Source: Paraspadella gotoi
Lineage: Eukaryota; Animalia; Chaetognatha
Assembly: GCA_051294375.1 (NCBI GenBank)
Contig: CM119267.1
Span: 20,213,476-20,277,475, forward strand
Direction: 5' to 3'
DNA length: 64,000 nucleotides
Under the pieces are notes generated by a model. The model was not told the DNA's origin, searched no databases, and saw nothing but the letters and a program-made list of their open reading frames with translations. Positions within the stretch are counted from its first letter, which is position 1; each line of letters opens with the position of its first letter. Below are positions 36,784 to 51,318 of this stretch, piece by piece. A program made the translations under genes and the position numbers.

Positions 36784-38394
36784 AGAGAAGAGAAAAGATT
36801 ATCTGTTCCATTCGAGAGGAAATAAAGTGGAAAGAGAAAGATAACGAAGTCGAGTAGAGGAAGAAACCGAAAGAACGGGATAGAATAGAATCTGGTCGGA
36901 CACGCCCACTCGGGATTCCATCGGCGCCGATCGACGTTCAAAGAAGAAAATGGAAGGAAAAAAATGGCGAATGGTTCGCTTTTTTTTTTATCGGATATAT
37001 ATATAATTATAGGATACATATATAACTGTCGCTGTGTTCTACTTTTTTATCTTTATGTGATGGTAATATACTAGTTTTTTAATCGAGTAACTTTGGTTTA
37101 CCCTAATCTGAAAGGTATGAACCCAAAGATCGACAGACCAAATGGTCAGAATTTGAACTAATGAGAAAGTAAACCAGTAAACAAACAAACAATAGAGTAT
37201 TACTAAGACACCGTCACTGGTACTTAACAAAATTTTAAACTTTATTAAATTGTAGACTTCTTTTTAAGATTAAGAAACAACCTCGTTTTGCTATATTTTC
37301 CGCGTAAATCGCTTGGAAGAGACAATGTATTACGCGACTGCATCAGCAGAATCTATTGCACCGACGGTGATGGCAACAACAGCGAAGACGATGCCAATGA
37401 CGAAGACGACGCCGAAAGCTTCGGTCTCCATCGTCGCAACGATGGAAAGAAAGAGTAACGGCGCCGGGACAATCAGTCCGGCGTCTCTCGCTCCATTGAC
37501 GCCGGTCGAAACGAGAGAAAAAAAGACGAAGACAACGCCGGAGACGAAAGCTTCAGTTTCAAAACCTATGGAGTAAATCTCTGGCATTCTGTCCCAGGCT
37601 GCTCGTGTTGCGATAAAGCCCAAACAAAAAAATCAAATACTACTATGTTGCCGTGAACGTTTCTACCATCCTTCCACTGCTCAGTTTCTCCTGTGATTTG
37701 CTATCTAACTCTCTCTCTCTCTCATTGGGTATTTGTGGTCAAATCTATAGTGGCTTTCAAAGCACTCCTCAACCACTTCGTGGACGAACGAACACTTGAT
37801 CGAACGATTCAATCTTATTCGCGTTAAATTATCATTTTTCATAATTCTTGTCTTCTTTTCATTGAGTATTCACGTCGCCATAATATAGTATAAAGAAAAG
37901 TTTGTTTAAATAAAATAATATTAAATAAAAACTTTCGTTCGCACGTAATAACAACTAGGAGAGGTTTAAGCAAGAATCAGGTACATCATGTACATCATGT
38001 ACATCATGTACAATTGTACATACCTTAAAACTGTGCTGATCTCGAATTGTGTCAAACTAATCTAACCAATGCAAAGTAGATCTAAGCTTGGCACAAATTT
38101 TGAATGCGACTGTGTTTGCGAATTTTTTTCCCAGGTTTTTTCGTTGTTTTTTTGTTGTTTTTTTTTTGTTTTTTTTTGTTTTTGTAGTTATTTGTGTCCG
38201 TATGGTTGCGCGTAAATATTGGCTAAAAAACAAATTTGATTAAATGTATTAATAATTAATAATCATCATAATCTCTGAAAAAATATTATTCAGCTGTTGA
38301 CGCCTGGCTTCCCAAAAAAATTAATTTCTTCATTTTTTAAAAATTTTTCTCTTCGCCTATTTTTTAAACGATTTTCCACATCGCAAGAAGCGAA

Positions 38395-38585
<191 letters not shown>

Positions 38586-41240
38586 GAGACAGAATAACCC
38601 ACTCAAAGAAAAGTCATCCGCGATTTTATAGATTTTCCATAATTTTTTTTTCCCACAATGAAATCAAACCGAAAAATCGTCTTCTGTCATTTTTCACGGA
38701 AAAAAAAATCGCACGAACGATGATGAAGACGACGACGACGACGACGACGACGACGATTACGGCGAATTCGTCTTCTCCGTCATCGTCATCGTCGTCGTCG
38801 TCGTCTGCTGGGATTTCGCATTAACGCACCTCTCGTTGTATCGCCGAGCTGTAGTACTACGTGAACAATACTATTCCTTAAGTCGCGCGAGTACAATTTT
38901 ATCGTGTCTTTAATTCGCAACGGTCTAATTTAATTGTCGATTATCAAATTGCAATCCATAATTTTTCCGAATTTTCTATGTTTAGATTTACTTTTCTTTC
39001 GTTACATTTTTCAGCAATTTTTCGTGTAGCGTTTAACGTTAAGCGACGTATATGACTTACTCTTGTTTTCATTTAGCGGGACAATGTTCGATTTTTTGTC
39101 TCATTGCGTAAGGCACGTTCATCAAAGAATAATAATAAATAGTATTTAAAAACGAAATAAAAACATTTGACGTTGTTCAAACTTCATTCAGTTAGCGTTA
39201 AACTTAATGATGACGAAAACTTCTACTTTGTCGACGATTGACGAAACAAGGACGACAACGACTCAACAAACCGATGCTGAACAAGAGACCGCGCGCGCCA
39301 CGTGCGATTCACGCCACGCCATCCCTCCTCTTTACGCCACGCATGCGTCATCCTCGTCCTAATTGGCGCCGTCGGCCGACGTCACGCGGATTCGTTGACG
39401 ATTAGCGGCCGACAGTCGTTTTCGTTGTTATCACTGTTGAATGTCACTGTTGAATCAACACTGTTGATGTCGTAAAACTGACAAATCCAGCAAACGATTC
39501 TTGCCGACAAATTCTGCCGACAAAAATTTAGTTTCGCTCAACTCGCGATCTTTTGACATCTCTCCGAGTCCGCGGCTTCGTCGCCCTCTGCCCTTTTGCG
39601 ACTTTTGCGCGAGGCCGCCATCTCGCGACCTTGCAATTAGGAAATCTTTCTTCTCTCCTCGACGCTGCATACTTTATTCAATCTTGATTTTCTAGCCAAC
39701 CCCTTTTCCCACCCTTTCATTTCCTGCCAATCCCGCTGCTCCCTCCGACCCTGCTTCTTTTTCTGACCCTTCTCGTCAAGGATTCGTTTTACGCAAGAAG
39801 AAGTCGCGAGGAGACGTGGGCAAGAGCATGAGCGACGACGACGACGACGACGACGACATCTACGACTACGAATCCCTATAACATCCCGCGTTGACAAACG
39901 GGGGAAAAAACTTAAGTGGATAGAAGCCGCGGAATAAAAAGCAATCGTGGAGCAAAAGTCGAGAGTCAAATCGCGTTTTTTTTTTTTGCGATCGATGCGG
40001 CGGTGGCGGCGGCTGCGGCGCCATTGCGGCGGCGGCGAAAGAGTCCATAGAAGTTTGCCGGAAATATATACAAGGGACAGATAGAACTTTAACTTCGTGT
40101 TGTATAGATATTTATTATCAGAAGGCAACAATAAATCCCCCAAAAATAAAAATTAAATATAAAATAAATAAAGTCCCCCCCACCAAAAAAAAATATCTAA
40201 ATAATTTTAATTAAAATAGTAAAAATTTTAAGTATCGGAATTATAAAATCTAAAAATGTAAAATAGTGAAAGAAGAAATTTTGCCATTTTCATAGTAATG
40301 GTAAGTCAAGCGTCCAAATGAGGCACTCCACCAAACACGGAGGACTCACAAGCGAAATCCGAGCTCTCACAGACCGCGATAGATGGACGAAGACTCGATT
40401 TGCGCGCACGGATGTGAAATTGGCACGCAAAGACGCCATCTGCGAGCGGCGATGTACGTGCAAAATGCGCGCGCGCAAAAAAAAAAAGCTAAGTGCGCAA
40501 GACTTTGAGAGCGAGGTCGGCGCTGACGCCGCTGTCGGCGTTGTCGGCGCGTGGGCGTCAGTTGGCGCTCTTCCTTTCTTTTCTTCCAATTTTTTTTTTT
40601 AAATTTTAATTTTTATCTTTTCTCTTTTCCTTAAAGAAAACTTCTTTTCATCTTTTGTTCTTTTACAACTTGAACTTTTGTTTCTTTTAATAACAGATAA
40701 ATACAGAATCAGCATTGGTAACGCTCAAAGACGAGTAAATAGTTATCCTCTAAACGGTTGAATGGTTCATTTGGTCGTGGCTCGTTAGGTCATCGTCTTC
40801 GACCTCGTCTATCAATATTGCGGGCAGCAATCAGGTGAAACGCAAGTCTCTGGGATCAAGCATGGTCTGGACCTGGTGGTAAGCAAAAGCAAGCATCGGA
40901 ATCAATCAGAATAGCAATGATCTCTCAGGTAAGCTCAGCCTAATCGATGACATATTTAATAGCCACGCACATAATAGACGAACATATAAACCACATAAGA
41001 TCTAATAAACCCCGACGATGGATAATTAATATTATTACAATCTGTATGAAAGTAAATCATGATTAAACAGAGTAATGAAGTAATAATGAACGGTAATGTT
41101 TTTTAAACAAATATTGATAGTTAATATTTTTAAACACTTTCACAAAAGGAAATCAGGAGAAACGAATTACAACGAGAGTTTATGTCCATTATTCCTTTCT
41201 TTTTCCTTCCATTCTTATAACTCTATCTTCTTTTTCATCA

Positions 41241-41630
41241 TTTTTAGCCGGATCTGCTTATCAGCAGATTCCGGGTCTATAATTTCTTTGTCCTGTAGGT
41301 AAGTCGCTTATATCATCTCAGAACATCGAATTATAGAAAATTATGCCAAAAAATGATGTCCGTCCGTCCGTCCGTTCCCTTTAGCTTTGAACGCCAATTA
41401 CTCATGTGTGGATTGGGCCATTGACTTGAAATTTTGTGTGTGTGTAAAGAAGTGTGTGATTAAGCAGAAAATCAAGTTTCGCTGGAATCGTCCGAGTGGA
41501 AATGAGTTTAAATGGAAAAAAATTGTTCAACTATTTGATAATTAAATTATTAATTAAATAATTAATTAACGTGTAATTAATGTGTAATTAAATAATCTTT
41601 TAAATAATCCGGCATTGCTCAAACTTGTTT
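41241..41630 (+). mobile_element. HINE/DINE-1-like element, near full length; mirror copy at ~59795-60150
   Basis: In order: 5' TTTTTAG; hairpin CCGGATCTGCT-tatc-AGCAGATTCCGG (41248-41274); (GTCC)n at 41358-41375; core unit; AT-rich tract; ATCCGGC (41607-41613, complementary to the 5' GCCGGAT); CTTGTTTTT end. Confidence 0.65.
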
Positions 41631-42719
41631 TTTCCCTTCTCCCTTATGTTTTCTCATTCCTCCCTCCTTTCAAAAGTTTTTTTTCCTTTTATCTTCGACT
41701 TGTTTTAATATTTCTCCCTCTGTTGTCTATTAATACAACCTACTCAACTACAAAAAAAAGAGCATCGATGAAAAACATATGCCTAACATAAGCCCTACGT
41801 AGAGTTATGGGCAAAATCGGGAGAAAAGTGGGAGAACAAGAACCGAAGAATGAGAGGGCTGAAAGATTAATAAAGGCGTAGAGGTTAAATAAATAAATAT
41901 ATCTCACGCGGATATTAAATGATAAATATTAAACGCAAAGACTATAAAGTTCGCCCGAGCGAGCAAATCGGGGAGGCGATGGAAAGAGAAGAAGTTTTGA
42001 GCGGAGAAAGAGATCGAGGGTGAGAGAATGTGAAACAAGAATTGTGAGGATGTGAGAGGATGTGAGAGGCGAATGAAGGAGAAAATGTTTTGACGACGGA
42101 AAGAAAAAAAAGAGATTTTTGTTTGTCAGAAAACGAAACTGAAAATAAATTGCTCTGTTGCTTAAGTTGCTGGTCGAGAGAAGATTGAAAGCCAATCACG
42201 ATTTTGATTACAAAAAAAAATTTAACTTTGCAATTATGATATTCGCCCAGAGCATCTTGTCTGAATTTGGGGGTTAATCACACAAAAACAGACGAAGAAA
42301 TGAGAAACAACTCTAAAGGTTTCTTTTCAAACTTAATCTCTTTTAATCGCGAAGTTCAAAGGTTTCGACGGAAGAGGCGAAGCGAGTGCAAATCATCTTT
42401 GTCATTATTTTTTGTTTAAGCATAAGTGCTCTAGTCTTTTTTAACGTTATTATTTTCATTGTCGAAAACTACAGTATTTATTTTCAGTCGTCCTCGTTTT
42501 GAAATACTAGGCTCAAAATATAAAACCAATCTTTACTTGGTCTGGGCAGGTTTGTCAAGAAACCGGTGCTCAAATATGGCGGAATAAAAAAAAGGGGGAA
42601 AAAAAAACTTTCACCCAAATATGAAAAAGAAATCTTCTCTCTCATTCCGCCATAATTTCCATCCGATGGAAACAATAATAAAAAAAAGGCTTCGAATCTT
42701 ACTGTGGTTTGAAAAACGA

Positions 42720-43000
42720 AAACAGTCACCAGCAAGTTGAAGGGGTTGCGCGGCAATAACTTTGTTTGTGGATGCATTTTTTTAGATGATATAGTTTAAA
42801 ATATAGGCACATTAAGCATCAAATGATTGATCACTTACGAGTATTTAACTTATGCACAATAGCCGTCTCAAGAAAACCTTTCTGCTTTATCTTATGCGAC
42901 AAAGTATTGAACGTAAGTGGGAGAGATCAAGCGACCGACCGACCGACCAAAAAGTGACTTTTGGAGTAGTTCCGAGTAGTTCTCGCGGCGCAACTAAAAA
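42720..43000 (-). mobile_element. short HINE-like element of a second family
   Basis: The minus strand begins TTTTTAGTTGCGCCGC. (GGTC)4 lies at 42933-42948, and a subterminal inverted repeat GTTGCGCGGC lies at 42745-42754 (9/10 match). Confidence 0.4.
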
Positions 43001-44144
43001 GAAAGAGAATTAAAGATAAAGCTTTAGTCGAGATGAGAATAAAAGTGGAAACGAGTTCATTTCCTTGGATAATAAAAGGAATCAACAAAATGACTGTTCT
43101 TTTTTTTTTTTCGTTAGAATTTATGTAGCAATCAGACGCTAGGGAAGATTTTCAACTCGATGTGAAACTTTGGGAATATGGATTTTATTTTATTTATTTA
43201 TTTATTTATTTTATTTATTTTATAGCTTATCTATTAAATGAATGTATTTTTTTTCAAACATGTGCATAGATCTAGAAGCATAAGAAAGAAGGGCTCAAGG
43301 CTTAACGCGGACCGCCTCAAAATGTGATCAAGAATCGTAATAACTTTCAAAACTCTCAAACTCTTAAATCCATTTGGTCTTAAAGGTTTTTAAGCGGGAT
43401 ATTTCGGGTCATATATTCCCTTTTTTATTAGAATATAAAGATTATTTTTCTCTCTTTCTGTCTCTCCTTTTTTCTCTCTCTCTCTCCAGCCTCCCCTCTC
43501 CCACCATTCTTTAAATTTCTTATAGCCTTTATCTCTTTCTCTCCCTTTTAGTTATTTATTCTTTTACTCCGCTTAGTGTTTATTAATACTACAGTTGGCG
43601 CTTTTAGTTCAATCCAATTTTTCTCTATGATCCTCAACATTGTGAAATTTACATTGAGAAAGGCGAAACGTACAGTCGACGCCGTTGCTAAATACGGCGT
43701 TTATTTTCTAACGGCGCAATAACGTATATTATTCATGAAATCGCAACTTAGCTTAGTTTCTTTCCTTCGCCACGAGATGCAAGATTCACAACGTACCTCG
43801 TTCATAATTCACAATTAGCAATAAGTGAATAAAAATTAGTAATTAAATACGTTCAAAACCTAAATACTTGCGAAATATTTCTTTAAAAATTTTTTTGTTT
43901 TTTTTTACTCATTTTACATCGCGTGTAAGGCTTCCAAAGCCTATTATAGATCCGTTCAAACGTTTACTGCATCGTTTAACACTCGGGTGAAAAAACAATT
44001 CGGCTAAAAAACAGCGCCATAACCTCCCAACGCAGAGAAGCGCCTTCTTTCGCCGCCCAAAAAAAAATTCGTCGCCTCTGGCGAGAGAAATTGGAACTAA
44101 AGAGAAAAAATGCCGGAAGAGGCAGAAAATGAGAAAGGGAGAGG

Positions 44145-44175
<31 letters not shown>

Positions 44176-45354
44176 CAACTTGTACACATTGTTCAGTTAG
44201 GTAGATGGTTATGACTTTTGTGGGGCATTGGAGGCGAGAGAAAGAAACAGAGAGAGCATGAGACCAGATCCGTGTTCCAGGAGGCAACTACATAATCAAT
44301 TTACACCGATAACATCCACTGAATTCTGAATAAGTAAACTGGGAAAAAGCGATTTATAAAAAAAAGTTTTATTCCCAACTATTCCGTCGGCCATTGTTTT
44401 CTCCACAAAGACAACTTCTCGTATTGAATGCGAGGGAATAAAAAAAGAAAAAAAAAAGGAAAAAAAAAATTTCTAAGAAGTTCCTCGCGCTGTCGGCTTT
44501 ATTCAGATCGTCGAGACGCGAATTTAGCTGAAGGCTGCAATGAGAATGGGGTCCCGTCGTCCCCGTCTACTTTAGAAGGAATTTACGCCCATATCTTCTA
44601 TGCGCCTTTTAGCTGCACTGCCTGCTCCCTATTTAGTGACTGCCTTTCCGTTTCGACAGCCATTTCAGTGTTCCCAGTGCTTGTCTTGCTTGTCTTACTA
44701 TCATTTTAAAATAAAGGATTCGATAGGTCTCGACAAAAAAAAAAAAAAAGGAAAGCCTTTTTTTCTTCCCCCAATAGTGATCATATCACAGATTCCACGC
44801 TTCGTGGATCACTTTGGGAACCATCACTTTGGATCGAGAGGCGTGGATGAACCTCAGACCTCCTCATCTCTCTCTACTCTCGACCCTCACGTCTTTGCTC
44901 CGAGATTTTGGCGGAATTTCTAATCCAGATGGCGGAAAGAGAAGTTGCGGTTGAGGGAGGACGAGGAAAGACCAAGGATATAAATGAGGGGAAATCAATC
45001 GACACGGTGGGAGGCGAGGAAAGGGAGGAAGGGGAGGAAAGGAAGCGAGGAAGGAAGGAAAAAAGGAAAGGAAGGAAAGGAAGGAAAGGAAGGAAAGAAG
45101 GAATTAAGGGAGCGTACATAATACATATAAGAAAGAAAGAATGAGGTCGGAGGGTTAATTCATTTGAAAAGGGTTATGGTTGAACATTAAGAAAAAAAGA
45201 AGGGCCGGGGATAAAAAAATTAGAAAATGGGTAGTGTGTAATATGTGCGCATCTGTGTGCATATGTGTCATATGTGCACTTGTGGTAAAGAAGGTACTGG
45301 AGTAGAACAAAGAAAGAAATTGAGGGTTAGAGTTGAACATGATTTCCAAGTGTT

Positions 45355-46205
45355 TGATGAAGGAAGAAAGAGTAGGGTCGGGCAGGATGAAGGAAGAAAG
45401 AGTAGGTCGGGTAGGATGAAGGAGAATGGTGGTTCGGCAGGATGAAGAAGAAAGAGTAGGGTCGGGCAGGATGAAGGAAGAAAGAAGAGGTCGGATTAGG
45501 ATGAAGGAAGAATGAGTAGGTTCGGGCCAGATGAAGGAAGAAAGAGTAGAGTCGGGTAGGATGAAGGAAGAATGAGTAGGTCGGGCAGGATGAAGGAAGA
45601 AAGAGGAGGTCGGGGTAGGATGAAGGAAGAATGATAGGTCGGCAGGATGAAGGAAGAAAGAGTAGGTCGGGAGGATGAAGGGAAGAAGAGGGGAGAGGAG
45701 TAGTGCGGTGGTAGGATGAAGGAAGAATGAGTAGGTCGGCGCCCAGGGAGCGGAAGGAAAGAGTAGGTTCGGGTAGGATGAAGGAGAAAGAGGAGGTCGG
45801 CGTAGGATGAAGGAAGAATGAGTAGGGAGTCGGGCAGGATGAAGGAAGAAAGAGTAGGTTCGGGTAGGATGAAGGAAGAATGAGTAGGTCGGGCAGGATG
45901 AAGGAAGAAGAGTAGGTCGGGCAGGATGAAGGAAGAAAGAGGAGGTCGGGTAGATGAAGGAAGAATGAGTAGGTCGGGCAGGTGAAGGAAGAAAGAGTAG
46001 GTCGGGTAGGATGAAGAAGAAAGAGGAGGTCGGGTAGGAATGAAGGAAGAATGAGTAGGCGGGCAGGATGAAGGAAGAATGAGTAGGTCGGGCAGGATAA
46101 GGAAGAAAGAGTAGGTCGGGCAGGATGAAGGAAGAAAGAGTAGGTCGGGCAGGAATGAAGGAAGAAGGAGTAGCGTCGGGTAGGATAAAAAGGAAGGTCG
46201 GGTAG
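45355..46205 (+). repeat. 29-bp purine-rich minisatellite (GTAGGTCGGGCAGGATGAAGGAAGAA(A/T)GA)n, ~28-29 units
   Basis: Contiguous units with no unique spacers. Confidence 0.95.
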
Positions 46206-46784
46206 ACGGAATATCGGTCTAACGAATTAGAGGGATTTGTAAGAGGGGACGACTATGAATACAGGAAAGTCTCGGGTTGTGGCAGTCGCGCGTTTGCCGG
46301 CAGTTTGCTGGAGCGATCTCGTTATTCATCACGAGTTCTCGGGCATCCACACGAAGTTTCGTCTCCAACCGCTGGATGCGGCGAGCTTGTGTCTGCTGCA
46401 CAAGCTTCTGGTTCTCCAGCGAGAACTGGACAGACAGCGGACATGTTGCCACAATAGATTAAAGACAGGATCATTCTTCGAGGCTGAAAGTTTTTTTTTC
46501 ATTTCCCGAGGAAAATAAAAAAAATTCGAGAGAAAATTTTTTTGTTGAAAATTCGTTAAAGTGTGAGATAACTTTGGACTGAAAAAATTCGGAAATGGAA
46601 ATTTCGAGTTTAAAAATGGAAAAGTGAATTCCTGTCGGTGGCATCGGATTTAAAAATTTCGCGTTGAACCGGGATCAAAAGAACATGAAGGGGAACTTAA
46701 AAGCGACCGGAAATTGTTTAATATATTAGTTTTAAGGATATCGTTCCAATTTTATTATTATATTTGCGATTTTTATTATTAATT

Positions 46785-49259
46785 CACGGTTCTTTTTTAT
46801 AGGAGGAAAAAGAAAATGGAAATATACCATCTCTGGAAATGCATAAAAACCTGAAAGGTTGCGATCTGGACAAGAGCTTAGGCTAAGTCTGAAAAATTTG
46901 TCCAAACTCAGTTTTTTTTAAATTGCAGTGAATTGTAAGTAATTTTTGAGAAAATTTGATAACTTTGTACTAATTTGCAAAAATAGACTCAAGTTAACAT
47001 CTATATGTCAAATCGAATCAGTAAAACGGAGAGCTTTAGATCATGTAAACACTCCCAAACTTTCTCCGAGTTTTGGCTAAAAAAGTTAGTTATCAAAATA
47101 TATTATTTTCTTTAAAAAAATAATGGAATGGTGAGTATAATTGAGAATATAATAGTGTCGATAAATTCTAAAAAATTGAGGATACCAACAATTCATGACA
47201 GTCTTCTTTCAATTAATTCATAAAATAAAATTTTCTTGCAAGCTTAAATATAGGTACATCATTCCCCCAAAAATTAAAAAAAATATAAATTAAATTTTTT
47301 AAATAATTTACCCATAATGTTTATATATATTTAACTTATATAATATGGACTAGAAACTAATAGAGTGACCTGTCATTTTGAGCCTATTGCCACAACTCTT
47401 TACGATAAATATATTGAGGTACTACCAAAAAGTCCTAATAACTTTAAAAAATGTAATTTTTTAATTTATTTAAGTCATATCCTCAGTGCATTATATAACT
47501 ATATTTAAGTCAAATAATTTTATTCAGCAGATTAAAATGTAAAGGCACATATTAAATACCATTAGTTGTATTATTTATATAATTTAATCAGGACCTTAAT
47601 TTTCAACAATTTTTATCAAATTACTATAGTTTTGGTTTTTACACAGCAACAAAGCAGTACTAAACAGGTAAATAAAAGATTGATGATAAAATCTGTAACC
47701 AAAAGACCTTGAGAAGTATTTATAGGTTTAAAAATTTTTCTCATAAAGATTTAACGATATAATGACAATAAAATAAATAAAAAAAATATATATATAAATT
47801 AAAGATTGAAGAAAAATAATGATATTAAGTTAGTTTTTTTATTATTTAGTCATGATTCTATATTCATAAAAGATAGCCATATTCTTAAACCCACTAATTA
47901 GTTTTAGTTACTTAAAGAGTAAATAAAGTTTTTTAAAACAATTTATGTTATCGTAAATATATTTTCTAGCACTTAAAATCATAACATTCAATACCATAAT
48001 TCTCAGTACTATACAGAATATAATAGCTACAACACTTATATGACTACTAATGATATCTATATTACAACTAATTATAATTATAAAACAACCATGATAAACA
48101 ATATTGACCACAAATAAATTATAATGACCAAAAAATTATTCCACAACCAAACATATAAAAACCCTCAACCACTACCACGACTACACTACAAGCACTATAA
48201 TAATCATAAAAACTAACTGTAATAACATATTATTTCTTCAATCTTAATTTATATATATAATTTTTTATTTTTTTATGTCATTATATCATTAAATCTTTAT
48301 GAGAAAAATTTTAAACCTATATAATACATTCGAAGGTCTTTTTTGCTTACAGATTTATCATCAATTTTTATTTACCTGTTTTAGTAACTTTGTTGGCTGT
48401 AAGAAACCAAAACTATATGTAAATTTTGATAAAATTGTCTGAAAATTAAGTGTCCTGATTAAATTATGATAAAATAAACAACTAATGGTATTTAATATGT
48501 GCCTTACATTTTAATCTGCTGAATAAATCATTTGACTTAAAATAAAGTTATATATTCACGAATATGACTTAAATAAATTAAAAATTATGTTTTTTAAAGA
48601 ATTTTGGGGCTTTCTTTGGTAGTACCCTCAATAAATATTTATCATAAAGAGTTGGCAAAGGCCTCAAAATGAAGGTCACATCCTATAGTTCTAAGTCCAA
48701 TATATTTAAGAAAAATTAATATAAAATCATTATGGTGAAATTATTTAAAATTTAATTTATATTTTTTTTAATTTTTTGGGGATGATGTACCTATATTTAA
48801 GCTTGAAGAAAAATTTTATTTTATGAATTAATTGAAAGAAGACTGTCTATAGAACTCGTTGGTATCACTCATTTTATTAAATTAAAGTCTTATTATATTC
48901 TCATAAATCTCACCATTCCATTACCTTTTTTAAAGAAAAAATAATATATTTTGATTAATAACTTTTTAACCAAAAGTCGTAGAAATTGGGGGTGGGTCTT
49001 AATTAAAGCTCTTGTTTACTGATATCGTTTGACATATAGATGTTTGAATTGAGTCTATATTTTGCAAAATTAGTACAAAAGTTACAAAGTTTCCAAAAAT
49101 TAACTTACGCAACTTCAAACTGCAATTTAAAAAAAACTGAGTTTGGACAATTTTTTCGACTTAGCCTAAGCTCTTGTCCAGACAGCAACCTTTCAGGTTT
49201 TTATCATTCAGAGATGGTATATTTCCATTTTCCTTTTTCCTCCTATAAAAAGAACCGTG
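46785..49259. mobile_element. 2475-bp foldback (palindromic) non-autonomous DNA element with ~1.1-1.2-kb inverted arms
   Basis: CACGGTTCTTTTTTATAGGAGGAAAAAG... at 46785 pairs with ...CTTTTTCCTCCTATAAAAAGAACCGTG|TA ending at 49259. The mirror can be followed inward to ~47845/48200 (centre ~48020). The flanks are not mirrored. Confidence 0.7.
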
Positions 49260-49660
49260 TATTAAATTGCGATTTTTTTTATATTATTATATTTCGATTT
49301 TTTTGGTTAACGTTTACGGCAGAAATAAAAGCTTGGTTTGTTCACAGACATGATATTGTTAAAGAAAAACAATCGTAGTCTCTAAAAATTGCACAAACAA
49401 TATGTTAGATTATTCGGACTTTTTGCTTAAAATCTGATGAACTTTTGTATTTTTTATGCCAAACTAATAAAACTGATAATGTTCATTTTCGCAGCTCATT
49501 CTGAACCTGTAATGTCATTTCATTGCTACCTGCGATGCTATTAGATTCAGATTGTATTTGTAGCTCGCTTTAGCAAGCTGGATATTCTGCATACTGATTT
49601 ACTAAAAGCGTTGGAAACAATTGTCGACAGTCTTGTCGTAATCCAATTGGTTCCGTCTTT

Positions 49661-49701
<41 letters not shown>

Positions 49702-51214
49702 CTAGAATTGTTGTACGTCGTCGTCTAAATTCTCCCTCATTGTGACGCAAACTCTCGGCGTCCGAGTTGTCAAGGAACGACACCGGGGAGAAATAGTTTT
49801 AACCATGGCTGTGCGGAACTGGAGATTATATTTGGGAATGATTTGTCAAAGGATTCTATGAGAATGAATGGTGCTTGAAATGATATTAGGAGACGAGAAA
49901 CTCAAAGATGAAATGAAAAAAACGGAAGAAGGATTAACGAGACAGGATTTAAAATAAGAAAATGTAGATTAGAAAAGACGGGAAAAGGAAAATAAAAACG
50001 GAGATGAAAAATTTTAAAAAATAATTTCAGTTTAAAAAAAAATAGGAAAGAATTCTTTAAAAGTTAAAATTTAGAAGGGACGTCTCATGCAGAGGTTAAT
50101 ACATTGTTGTGGGATATATAATCAATATTAATCATACCTTTGTATACATTAAACAACTTTTGTTATAATTTCGTTTGATTAGATTTACATTTCCTAAAAA
50201 AAGGTTTTTATGGGTTTTTTTCTAAAATATTTAAAACAATGAAGAAATATCCTAGAAATTGACCGGAGGGAAATAAAATAAAAGGAAGCAGAGGAAAAGA
50301 AAAAAATGTAAAGAGATCAAAGATTAGAACTGGAGGAGGAAGAGGAGGAAGATTAGGATGAAGAGGAGAAGGTGGATGAGGAACGTCAAAAGATTAGAAG
50401 AAGAGAAAAATAATCTAATATCGATCCGAATCCGGCTCCAGATCGTTTGTCCGTCTGTCGATTTATCCGTTTGTCAATTTCCGAAATTCGAACGGATCAT
50501 TCATCACGGGGATGACGAAGGCGAGAGAGATCCAGTTGCGAGACGGAGATTAAATAGAAAGACGACGACATCTATATTTGAGACCACGATCCCCCCCCCC
50601 CAGGACCGCGGGAAAGAGAGCCTTACCGATAATCTGAGAGGCGGCCGAGAACGATTTAGAGATATGGCATGCTATTATTAAACCATTACCTTGCTGCAAT
50701 TTCTTTAATTTCTTTGATACCATTTTTTTTTTACCTTTTATTCTGAGTTTCTCCCCTCTTCCTTTTCTGACCAGAAATAATGGGCCTGGCAGACATTTAG
50801 GACTTTTCTACGCGTCGAAAACGGCCGTTTACGGAGTCTATGACCACCTTCCACGTCACTAATGAGTGTGGCCGATGACCGAAGGAGTATCACAAAGAGT
50901 TTTCGTCTAAGATTTTTGGCGTGGCAAAATGACCCGTCAAGGAGTCAGACAGATTTTAAGATCTTTAAGATTCTTTTTGTGGCATATGTTTCAATACTTG
51001 TGTAGTACACGTACACGTACAGTACACGTAGTCACATGATCATCTGAAATTCGTGCATAAGACCCTGAAATTAGTGAACTAGCTACTTTTTGCCATTTCT
51101 TGCCACTCCTTGTGTTTTCCTCTCTCCCTCTTCTGCTCTCTCTCTCTTTCTGTATTTCTCTCCTCGGAGTTTCGACATCCTGTCACAAGAGATTCTTCCG
51201 CTTCCTGACCTAAA

Positions 51215-51275
<61 letters not shown>

Positions 51276-51286
51276 CTCTCCTCTCA

Positions 51287-51318
<32 letters not shown>

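Noticed and set aside
37313-37623. Thr/Lys-rich ORF and overlapping hydrophobic antisense ORF (mirror ~28960-29400)
   Set aside because: Frames disagree between the two noisy copies and no family is recognised. The open frames are explainable by GAC/GTC-rich composition.
45355-46205. CRISPR-like repeat length (29 bp; also the 46-bp array at 21330-21680)
   Set aside because: Units are contiguous without unique spacers, there are no cas genes, and the context is eukaryotic.
46255-46518. LQPLD in the plus-strand ORF, resembling a pogo/DDE_1 transposase motif
   Set aside because: Surrounding residues do not fit the family pattern and there are no TIRs; a five-residue match is insufficient.
47100-48900. 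Very AT-rich tract with hydrophobic ORF 47908-48111, superficially like a mitochondrial ND4L/ND6 NUMT
   Set aside because: No conserved mitochondrial protein, rRNA or tRNA motif could be read without many assumed frameshifts. The region is explained as the interior of the foldback element. TBLASTX with the invertebrate mitochondrial code would settle it.
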